A stretch of 62,262 nt of DNA, filler included, from Basidiobolus ranarum (taxonomy: Eukaryota), in the NCBI GenBank assembly GCA_040143965.1. It is 31 parts of 31 records of this genome, joined end to end, with 100 filler letters (N's around TTAATTAATTAA, not from the genome) between each part and the next. Parts side by side here need not be neighbours in the genome. Positions count along the whole stretch, not along the records: positions 12,109 to 14,024 come from JASJQH010004092.1; positions 14,125 to 16,040 come from JASJQH010004093.1; positions 16,141 to 18,055 come from JASJQH010004094.1; positions 18,156 to 20,070 come from JASJQH010004095.1; positions 20,171 to 22,084 come from JASJQH010004096.1; 26 more parts are not named here. One strand, written 5' to 3'. The translations under genes were made by a program, and so were the position numbers. Positions 12,161 to 22,184 of this stretch are shown in pieces. Within the stretch, counting starts at the first letter, position 1. Each line of letters starts with the position of its first letter. The notes beneath the pieces are model-generated. The model saw only the letters and a program-made list of their open reading frames with translations, did not search any database and had not been told where the DNA came from.

Positions 12161-12941
12161 TGATAAAAGTGTTTAGGTGATTTGGAAATGTTTTTGACAA
12201 GCTATGGAGTTGTAATTTAAGCACTTAAGTTTTATTGAATTGATTATATCCTATTTGTAGTTTACTATGAACTACAACTATTGGATGTGCTTAGATCATA
12301 ACAAACATGCCTGCTAGCCATGGTTGAAAATTTGAGGTGATTTTGAGACATTTTGTGAAAATAGTAAAAATTGGTAAAAGTGATCTAATTGATATTTATA
12401 CCAATTAGAGCAATAAACACACATTTTTCAATGATAGAATTGAGTGCTAAGTTATCAGAATAGGAATAAACTAACTACTAAATAATGAGTTGCTATTTTC
12501 TTAATTTCAATATCTATTGGGTTCAGTGTCCTTTAAGAATGATCAGATAAATAGACATTCCTTTAACAGCTAGCTCAGGGCTCATAACCTGATAAAAGTA
12601 TTTATGGGATATGGAAGTGTTTTGGACAAGATTTGGATTTGTGATTTAAGCACTTATGTTTTATTGAATTGAATATGTCCTGTTTATAGTTTACTATGAA
12701 ATGGGACTATTGGAGGTGCTTAGATTGTAACAAACATGCCTGCTAATCATGGTTGAAAATTTGAGATGATTTTGAGACATTTTGAGAAAATAGTAAAAAT
12801 TGGTAAAAGTGATCTAATTAATATTTCTATCAATTGGAGCAGTAAGCACACATTTTTCAATGATAGAATTGAGTGCTAAATAATCCAATAAGCAATTAAC
12901 TAACTACTAAATATTGAGTTGCTATTTATCTAATTTCAACA
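12161..12941 (-). mobile_element. Two copia family B LTRs (12161-12512, 12590-12941), the second followed by a primer-binding site (12578-12589)
   Basis: About 350-bp direct repeats; the intact copy reads TGTTGAAATTAG...TTTTATCA on the minus strand. PBS GGTTATGAGCCC is complementary to the tRNA-iMet anticodon arm. Confidence 0.85.
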
Positions 12942-12959
12942 ATTTCCAGAGTCAGATAT

Positions 12960-13730
12960 ACTGGCAAAAAAGCTTAATTTCACCATGGAACCAGGTACAT
13001 CAGTTTGAAGAGTGCCAAATTTGGAATTTTATCCAATACCTGGCACCTCTCAAAAATAGCTAAAGTGCTTGAGAAGTTTTTCAAATGTACAGAGGTAAAA
13101 ATTGAGTGCAAGTATGCAGAAAGTGGCTTCAGAAGAGGAACATATGACTTGATGTTCAGCCTGGTGTTGTCTGTGCAGATATTGGGGAAGAACTTAATAC
13201 AGAGTGTACAATATTGCAGGGTATCTGCCAGATAAATGGAAGAATGTTGATTGAGCAACATTAATCCAATGGTGGGCTTTGATGGGGATATTGATACAAA
13301 CTTTTGTTGGATATGTGTTAAACCTTGTGTATGAAGAACTCTATAAAAATATTAAGGAGAATATATCAAAGAAACTATGGATTTCAAAGGTGACAATTTA
13401 GCATACAAGTGGTAAATGTGTAAAATTTGAGTTACACTTTTTTCACATGCCCTAACAAAAAACTTTAGATTTGCATTTCATACTATTTTCTTACTGTTTT
13501 ATGATGGTATTATGCTGGTATTGCCAGAATTTTCTAACGGTTTCTCTACCAGTCTTTTTTTCCTCCCATTTTCTTATGGTATCCTACCCCTATATTAATG
13601 TTTTCTCTGGTTTTCCTCCGGTATTCATTCCAATATTTTTCATAAGGCTGTGTTGATTGATTGTTGCCTTGGATTGCAGCCAATCAAGTGCAACTATTTT
13701 GCAAGTTGTTGAAACTTAACTCCTGAAACT
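12960..13730 (+). mobile_element. Subterminal region of the CCCTAACAG-ended element (reverse of 29559-30136)
   Basis: Reverse-complement similarity to 22185-22720 and 29690-30136. Confidence 0.65.
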
Positions 13731-13843
13731 GGCAGGTGGATCAGCCTTTTGAAAAGCAATCCCTTTGGGCATGGTCCAGACCAGAGGGGTTCTCAAATTT
13801 GACTGGAGAGTTCAAGCCAGCAAGAAAAGGCCTCCCAGGGGAG

Positions 13844-14024
13844 TGTTGAAATTAGCATTGCCTAAACACCTACATAGTCATATATAGCTTAGTACTTAGT
13901 TATCTTATAATTAACTAAGATATTATCAATTATTCTCAATTGGAATTTACTTAGAATATTTTTACCAACTTAGAAGTTCTCAGATATATAGATTTTTCAA
14001 ACTTGTGCTAGAAGCCCCAAACTT
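13844..14024 (+). mobile_element. Copia family A LTR, partial
   Basis: Begins TGTTGAAATTAGCATTGCC after purine-rich GGGGAG; matches 44824 onward. Confidence 0.8.
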
Positions 14025-14124
14025 NNNNNNNNNNNNNNNNNNNNNNNNNNNNNNNNNNNNNNNNNNNNTTAATTAATTAANNNNNNNNNNNNNNNNNNNN
14101 NNNNNNNNNNNNNNNNNNNNNNNN

Positions 14125-16040
14125 TATGAGAAATATTTAATGCAATTAATGTAGAGCTTGCCATATCTATTATAGTCCTGTTGGCTCTTTGAGCAGCTTT
14201 GTTCTGTTGAGGTGAATAGGGAGTAGTAGTTTCTTGCTTAAATACATAAACTTTGCAACAGTGATTAAATAGTGTTAAAATATATTTCAACCATTATCAG
14301 TGCTTATTTTCATGATTTTAGTGCCAGTTTCAGTCCCCACAAGTGTTCTAAAATTTCTAAACATAGAGAGAGCTTCTTCTTTTCTACCCATAAAGTAGCC
14401 GCAAGTGTATCTTGTATAATCATCAATATATGTGATTAAATATCATTTCAACCTAAAGATGAATTTTGCTTAGGTCTACTTAAGTCTGAATGAATTAGAT
14501 CCAAATTTTTGACAGATTTGATTAAACCCAAGCTCTTGAACAGTTCCCTGGCTTGTTTTCCATACATACAACCATCACAAATTTTCATCATGGTTGAGGG
14601 TTAATTTGAAATCCTGAAATTTGGCAATTTTTGTTCATTTTGATCAAATAATCATATTCAATATGACCAAATCTCATATGCCATAATTGAATAGGTTCTT
14701 GATTGGAATCACTTAGATTTACACATAAAACTCTTGGATTATCTGTAAGTTGGTATTAGTTTTGATCCTTTTCTCTGAAAGCTACATAATTCCTATTTTG
14801 ATCAGTCATGATGCATCCTGACTTATCCATATTGAATTTTGGCCTTTCTGGGGTGGCCTTGCATATAGATAGTAAATTCTTGGAAATATCTGGAACATGT
14901 AGTACATCCTCAAAAGCATATACTTTCTCTTTGGAAGTTCCAGTTAAATTGACTTGAATTGTTGCTATTTCAATAGCATGCAATATGTGGTCATCTCCCA
15001 TGAGAACCTGTCTTATTGGGATTTCTTCATAATCCACAAACCAGTGTTTTTCATTTGTGAAATGCTGGGAGGCTCTAGAATTAAAATAATATATCTAAAA
15101 ATCCTTGTTGGTAGTCATAAATAGGCAGATATAAACAGGTATTCTTCTGTTGTAGCTACATTTCCAGATTCAGTACATTTTTCTTTGTTTGCTATTCTTT
15201 CAAAGCAATCTTTGCTTAAATGGCCAGCTCTTTTACAGTAATCATAGAATGTGTTGCTTTTTTTCTTAAGATATTTTTGATCTTTATTGGATGGTTTCCT
15301 GATTTGCACAAATCTTCATCCAGAAGTCTGCCAAATAGAAAATTTAAGGTCAAATTTTCAGTTCTTAATTCTAGAGTCATTACTAGGCTCTGAAACTTGT
15401 GTGGCAAGCTATTCAGGAATGTAACCATGATATCTTGATCAGTAGTAGGTGCTCCAATGCATACCATTACATCCACTAAGATAGTAACTCTATTAATTAG
15501 TGATTTAATGTTTTCTCCTGGCTTCATCTTTAAGTTAAAGAATTATATTCTCAGATACATCTTGTTGCCAGCACAATATGTTTGGTAAGTTTCTTCCAAA
15601 GCTTTCCATACCTTCTGGGCAGTTCTAGCTCTGAAATATTGAATTAGCAATTTGTCTGTGATATCAGGACAATTGTGTTAAAGGCACTTTGTTCTTTTTT
15701 AACTTGGTGTAAAACTTTGGTTTCAGATAGTATGCATTTTTTCCTTCTCCTGCAATGGTGTCCCAAAGTGTTTTATCTTGCAGCAGCATTTTCATTTTAA
15801 TTTTCCAAACTTGATAATTGATTTCATCCAACTTTTTAGAAGAGGAAAAACTTCCATAGATTTGAGAAATAGACATTACACAGAATGCAAGTTTAGGGCT
15901 CATTACCTGCTAAAGTATTTGGGAGCCAGTTGACAGTGGATTGTAGACTTAGGGGAATTGGTGGTTTTCACTTATTGATTTATTGAGTGGAAAGTTGAAA
16001 TTTATAGTTTTGTCAAGATGCAAACAAACTAATGTGTAGA
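14125..16040 (-). mobile_element. Ty1/copia family A: 5' LTR, PBS, gag, protease, integrase start (pseudogenised)
   Basis: Gag NYQVWKIKMKMLL, a degenerate zinc knuckle (YCKRAGHLSKDC), DVLHVPDISKNLLS, integrase TPYSPQQN. Degenerate PBS at 15896-15907. Confidence 0.9.
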
Positions 16041-16140
16041 NNNNNNNNNNNNNNNNNNNNNNNNNNNNNNNNNNNNNNNNNNNNTTAATTAATTAANNNN
16101 NNNNNNNNNNNNNNNNNNNNNNNNNNNNNNNNNNNNNNNN

Positions 16141-16990
16141 CAAAGGTAGCTCATTTTACTCCCACAGATGTTCTGAACACAAACCCAGTGTTAGTTTTCT
16201 GTATTTCCACCAAAAAGTAAAAATGCTTTATTTCTGTACAATAAAAAATCATCTCACAAAGCTATTCACAACTCCACTTTTCTAAAGTTCCTCCAAACAG
16301 CCCAAAATTTCCCAATATAACTTTTACCCAATAAATCAACAAGTGAAAACCACCAATTGCTCTAATATTCAAGCCACTTCCAACAGGCTCCTGACTACTT
16401 TAACAGGTTATGAGCCCCATTGTAGTGGGGTAGCATTGCTACCCACTGGCAGGTTGCCTTATTTCCACTACAAGCTCATATCATTACTATTACACAATTT
16501 CTATTTGATTATCCATATTGGACTTACCCATATTTTCTAGCCAATCATATCACACCATTAGTATTATCCCCTATTATTTAATATTATTCAGTACTAACTC
16601 GCATTCGCCCTATTATTTTCTGGAAAATTTTACAATCTCCAGGAATATTCAACAAGATTATTGGAATATTTGACACTTGATTGAGTTTTAACCAATCAAA
16701 GCTTGGTTTTGCTGGAACATTCCATTACTTAGTCAAATATCACTTAACTGCATATTTGAATAATGTTAGAGTTAGCAATTCCATACTGAAAGTTTCAAAC
16801 TTGTCCAAATTGCCCCAGAGATAGCTCATTTTACTCCCACAGATGTTCTGAACACAACTCCAGTGTTAGTTTTATGTATTTCTACCAAAAGGTATAAATG
16901 CTTTATTTCTGGATAATATATAATTATCTTACAAAGCTATTCACAACTCCACTTCTCTAAAGTTCCTCCAAGCAGCCAATTTTTTCCCAT
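16141..16990 (+). mobile_element. Copia A-type LTR and PBS (16406-16417) with a gypsy LTR inserted at 16421, followed by another A-type LTR fragment
   Basis: ...TTTAACA GGTTATGAGCCC CAT TGTAGTGGGGTAGC...; the last part matches the gypsy LTR at 56350-56682. Confidence 0.75.
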
Positions 16991-18055
16991 AAGATTCAAG
17001 TAAATTAAAATATTGGCCAGCAAGCCTTTCCAACAGTATATTAGTTTAGTGAGAAACCATCCTGAGCCAATGCAAAGCGTGACCATTTGTGTTCTCAAAG
17101 AAACATTGACTTTTCAGATTCTGGAAGTGACATCCATCAAGTCTATTGGTGTTACCATAAGCTCTACAGTGAGTGCTTTGGTACCAGATCCATGATCTAT
17201 ATTTAGGTGATTTCATTGGAACTTTAAGATAGGGAATCAATGGTATGTATGCCAAATAAGAACAATATTTACCTAATTCAGTGATTGCAAATTGTGTGCA
17301 AACTGTACCTGACTTCAGCTTTTTCAGATCACCTGTGAAAGCCAAACAACCATTTGAACATGAAGGAAGTATAAATACTGAAGGATTATAAGTCATACAG
17401 TTGACAAGTGTTTTCCACTGGTACCAGGTATGTTCCAAGCAACAATTGCCAATCAACCATGGTAAAAGTGTGCAAAAATCAATAAACACCTGGTTGCTAA
17501 GATTGGATTGAACTCTTGGCTCCTCAATAATCAATGTTGTTCCCTTGACAGTAAGTATTATGTGTGGACTAATGATTGCCAATAACAAAGAGTCCATAAC
17601 AAAACCATTGTCTACTTCTTCAACTTCTGATATACTATTATTGGTACCGGAATTACCAAGGCCAACATCTAGCTGCAAGTTGTCAAAGTTGTCTCAACTT
17701 ACTGGTTTGACCAAAGTAGCCTTTCTACCTACAACATTCTGGTCATATAACTGGGGTAACTACACAGTATCTTGACTTTTTGCAGTGTTACCAAAACTTT
17801 GAGGCAAAGTTCAGTCAGTGAACTCAGTGGGCAAAACTAAATTTGATTTTGTGCAATTATTACTGTGGATATTCACTAGCCATTATGCAGATGGTAGCTT
17901 GGTACCATTACTGTGCTTGTGATTACTTTTCTATGAAGCCTCTGGCTTTCATAGCTCCAGAATTTGTGACAACAATACCAGGGCTTCTTTAAACATTTGT
18001 GCTGTGGCATGAGAAGGATGTTATAGAAAACAAAACTCCTCCTATGTATGGGTGG
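16991..18055 (-). mobile_element. CACTA-type transposase relic
   Basis: ORF 17046-17678 has CSNGCLAF, YLAYIPLIPYL and DGCHFQNL; homologous to 2381-3400. Confidence 0.8.
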
Positions 18056-18536
18056 NNNNNNNNNNNNNNNNNNNNNNNNNNNNNNNNNNNNNNNNNNNNT
18101 TAATTAATTAANNNNNNNNNNNNNNNNNNNNNNNNNNNNNNNNNNNNNNNNNNNNGAAATCATTACTAAACTTGATATATATCAGACCTTATGCTTTATT
18201 ACCCAAAACATTAACCAAAGATGTGAATCAACAATTGAAGAGTGGCTTAGATCCTCTCAAAATTAGCTGATACTATGAACGGGATAGTTTGGTACGGTTG
18301 ATTGTCGTTAATTTCAAAAATACCACTAGTTTAAAGAATCCCCTCTTCCTACCCCAACTGATTAGTATTGGATTGGCACGTGCATATTCATATTTTGTAT
18401 TTAGAGGATATAACACTAAAAGTACTTTCAAAAAAATACAAACGAAATTTACTCACTTTTCTGTATTCACCTAAAGTCAGGTAAACCTTTCTTTTCTTTT
18501 ATTTTGCGTGCAACTTTATTAAAGTGGCATAACAAG

Positions 18537-19770
18537 ATGCGTCAAACCAAAGTATTTGCTGGTTCTTCACATCCTGAGTTATCCAAACTTATTGTAGAGA
18601 AATTAGGCATCAAAGAAGCTCCAGTCACTTTAAAGAAGTTCTCCAACAAAGAAACGTGCATTGAAATAGGTGCTTCAGTACGAGATGAAGACGTATACAT
18701 AATTCAAAGTGGCTGTGGTACTGTTAACGACAATATTATGGAGTTGTTAATTCTCATTAACGCGTGTAAATTCGCGAGCGCTAAAAGAGTGACTGCTGTA
18801 TTACCATACTTTCCGTATTCCAAGCAGTCTAAGAAAAAATCCCGAGGGGCAATCGCTGCTAAATGTATTCCTCGTTTATATATGTATATATATATATATC
18901 ATTCGAACGTTAATTCATTCGAGTCCATTCTATTGTCTAGTACTTGCCAACATGTTGATTGTAGCTGGAGTTGACCACATTATCACTATGGATCTTCACG
19001 CCTCGCAAATGCAGGGGTTCTTCAACAGACCTGTGGATAACCTGTATTCAGAACCAAATGTCGCCAAGTGGATCATTGAAATGGAGCCAGATTATAGGAA
19101 TGGAGTAGTCGTTTCCAAAAATGCCGGTGGTGCAAAAAGGTTGACTTGAGGCGGTATTCTGTTGATTTGATTTCCTTTCTAACGTATTCTGTTGATAGAG
19201 TCACTTCTCTTGCTGACAGACTGAACATTGACTTTGCATTGATTCATTCGGATCCTAAGGTTCGCTTCCATCATTCTGGAAATAGCAAGCAAGTTGTTGA
19301 TGATGATGGCACCCAATACATTTCCAACAGAATGGTCTCACAAGAAGAGGAAGGAATTACGTTAGTTGGTGATGTCGAAGGGAAAATCGCGTTTCTATTG
19401 GTAAGCGAAAGTAATAAAACCCACATTAATATTTGTCTTCGATATTCATTTCCGGTGTATCCAGGATGACATGATCGATGGCTCCAAGACATTCATTAAG
19501 GCAGCGGAGCATTTGTACAAAAGATGTAGAGCGATTCGTGTCTATGTTGTGGCAACTCACGGTCTACTATCTGGTGATTCGTTGAGAGAGCTAGAGGAAT
19601 GTTCCAGTATTTACCAAATAGTAGTCACGAATACCATCGCCATACCTGAATCTAAACGCGTAAATCTTACCAAGCTGCGGATCATCGATATCTCGGGAAC
19701 ATTAGCGGAAGCGATTCGAAGAACACACAATGGAGAATCCATTTCTTATCTTTTTAATACAGCTTTGTAA
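18537..19770 (+). CDS. PRS1: Ribose-phosphate pyrophosphokinase, fungal Prs1 type. Exons 18537-18864, 18941-19139, 19199-19400, 19465-19770
   Basis: Three GT-AG introns (76, 59, 64 nt) join the ORF pieces to give [63 protein letters not shown] and YSKQ..K.RGAI are Prs1-like signatures. Confidence 0.93.
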
Positions 19771-20303
19771 GCAAAGGTCGTTTCACGAATACATGTTTGA
19801 TATTGAGTACTTAAACTATTTGTATAAATAATCTTACATGCTGAACTACAAGTAAATAAAATCATCCTTGTTCAATCCATCCACTCCCAAATCCACAATT
19901 AGCCCATCTTTAGACCTTTGTGGGGGAAAGTTCCAATCACAAATAGCTCGAATATGAGATTGAGTTTTAATGTCCTTTATTTTGAAAAAGAGATTGAGCG
20001 TGAGTATGTTAGATCATGAACTCGAATCAAATTCAAAGAAATGCCAATTTAATGTATCGTTAATGTATCGNNNNNNNNNNNNNNNNNNNNNNNNNNNNNN
20101 NNNNNNNNNNNNNNTTAATTAATTAANNNNNNNNNNNNNNNNNNNNNNNNNNNNNNNNNNNNNNNNNNNNTCCAGACTTGATTATATCTTTTTTCTAATC
20201 TTGATTATCCTTTTAAAATACCCCAACTTGATTATATCTATCCCAAACCTCCCCCCCCCACTCTATCCTTGAAATTATACCCTAATCATCTCACATCCCC
20301 AAT

Positions 20304-20984
20304 TTAAGGATACCATACAATCGGCAACACCCCCATCTCGTATACTAACATCTCATTCGCCCTTATAAATATATTACTCCCCTCCAACCCTTTCCCCGAC
20401 ACATTCTTCCCCCCCACATGAAATACTTTTATTAAATACTTCGACCCAACGCAATCCGAAAAATTTACCGCATCCTTCCCCATTAATATCGTTACCATCT
20501 TCCCACCCCTCCGTGAATATATATATCCCAACAACTTCCTCGTAAACTCTTCCCATAATACTCTATGGTTCGCCAAAAACTTATCACAGTTAACCCCCAC
20601 CGTAAATGCAACACTTATCAAAAATACCCCCTGTGATATCCACTGCTTACACATCTCTCTCGGTTCCGGCTCTTCCACCCCATACTCCCTCCCTACCTCT
20701 TTCGCAATTAATACCGTGTCTAATGGACTCTTTATGCACCCCACCGACGGCATTAACGCCACCCCCGACGCAAACGCTACTCTCGTTATACTGCACTCCT
20801 TATCATCTGGCGCATCGCTTAATATTACCACTTTTATCTCGTCCGGCCCCATCAGTCTCAACATCCTAAATACGTCCCTCTTCTTCGGTAATACTTCCAA
20901 ATTTGACTCCTTTAACGTCTTTGCTATCCTTGCCAATATATCCCGATTCTTCTCGAAAAACTCTTCCCATCCCTTAATCATCAT
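20304..20984 (-). CDS. Uracil-DNA glycosylase family-1 fold protein with degenerate active site, probably viral
   Basis: Scaffold motifs retained (P..DVF, IKVVIL, AF, W.SQGVFL, NH..LWEEFT, GSNIF..AN..L, PIVW), but GQDPY is SDAPD, LLLN is FLIS and HPSPLS is HVGGKN. No introns. Confidence 0.8.
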   Translation of the reverse strand: MMIKGWEEFFEKNRDILARIAKTLKESNLEVLPKKRDVFRMLRLMGPDEIKVVILSDAPDDKECSITRVAFASGVALMPSVGCIKSPLDTVLIAKEVGREYGVEEPEPREMCKQWISQGVFLISVAFTVGVNCDKFLANHRVLWEEFTRKLLGYIYSRRGGKMVTILMGKDAVNFSDCVGSKYLIKVFHVGGKNVSGKGLEGSNIFIRANEMLVYEMGVLPIVWYP

Positions 20985-21348
20985 GAACTTAACTCCTACG
21001 CCAATTCCCCCTCAAACTTCACCCAAAAAAGATCTCTCTGTTGAAGATACCTATACAAAACTTTACGTCCAACAACTTATAGATAACAATCAAACCGATG
21101 TCCTCGTCCAACTCGGTATTATCTCCAACTCCGAAACAAACAAACCTCTCCCCTATATATTAAATTCTATCAAAAAGTTTTTTGACACTAATAAACCCGA
21201 ACAACCCACCCCTGACCAAAATAACGCCACCTGCAAATATTGCGGCCATAACAACGTCCTCGTCCGAGAATATCAACTCCGCTCAGCCGACGAAGGAAGT
21301 AATTTAGTCCATGAATGTATGAACTGCCATAAAAGTTGGACCGTATAA
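20983..21348 (+). CDS. TFIIS / RNA polymerase subunit M (Rpa12/Rpc11/Rpo30-like) C-terminal zinc-ribbon protein, 121 aa, probably viral
   Basis: CKYC-x(9)-QLRSADEG-x(6)-CMNC-HKSW. The likely start is the ATG at 20983; the upstream part of the 210-aa ORF is antisense to the UDG gene. Confidence 0.85.
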   Translation: MNLTPTPIPPQTSPKKDLSVEDTYTKLYVQQLIDNNQTDVLVQLGIISNSETNKPLPYILNSIKKFFDTNKPEQPTPDQNNATCKYCGHNNVLVREYQLRSADEGSNLVHECMNCHKSWTV

Positions 21349-21423
21349 ATTATCGAATCTTTTCCCCTTTTTAAAAATTCAACCTTAATACTACACTTCT
21401 GCACCAATTCCTATTTCTTCACA

Positions 21424-22084
21424 ATGTCGGGATTTGTAGCCGAAAGTTCTGTCTCCTACGACCTATATAGTCTATGGATGGACAAAGTCGAACTTTTGAC
21501 CCAAGTCTATTATGACGCCGTCTCCGATGTTGTTGGTTCTATCCTTCCCGATTCCAAGAAATGTTTTGTCTATGAAGATGAAGACTGGATCGTTCTCTTC
21601 TTCCCCTTAATCCCCCATAACGGCTTCGTAATGGCTAACCTCTTACAACGTTTCGAACATGACGATGAAACTTTTATCCACAAAATTATTCTTGAAGACC
21701 TCTTAGATGAATACGGTGATCTTCTCCCAGTCGCAGTACTCCCTGACGAAAACTTATCCACTTTCTTATCTGAATATCTCAACGTTTCCGTATACCAAGA
21801 TTTCTGTCTTGATGACGTTACCTTGGAAGATCTCTTTCACCTTCATATCATCCCTCCTCCCACTACCGATTTCCCTCTCCAAAAAATCCCATTGTACCCC
21901 ATCCTGGAACAACAAAATGTCGACCGGTACATATTAGGTTACGTTATGTTCTTAGATGTTCTCCCCGATTCTCACCCACAAATTAACACGCTTAAAGGTA
22001 TGATTAAACATCTAGTCGCCAAATCTGGTCACCTTGAACCTATTTATGAACAAGATGGTATCCGGTCTATCGACTGCACCAGAT
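21424..22084 (+). CDS. Acidic hypothetical protein, 3'-truncated by the contig end, probably viral
   Basis: Uninterrupted 220-codon ORF starting 75 bp after the TFIIS-like stop. About 37 D/E versus 12 K/R by hand count. No recognised motif. Confidence 0.75.
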
Positions 22085-22184
22085 NNNNNNNNNNNNNNNN
22101 NNNNNNNNNNNNNNNNNNNNNNNNNNNNTTAATTAATTAANNNNNNNNNNNNNNNNNNNNNNNNNNNNNNNNNNNNNNNNNNNN

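Noticed and set aside
20716-20982. N-terminal 89 codons of the 210-aa plus-strand ORF, and ORFs 20374-20556 and 20606-20869
   Set aside because: Antisense or off-frame shadows of the UDG-like gene, favoured by the skewed composition.
20900-21050. Yeast linear-plasmid UCS (ATNTGA) or poxvirus TAAATG promoters at the virus-like genes
   Set aside because: Neither motif is found at the expected distance from the start codons.
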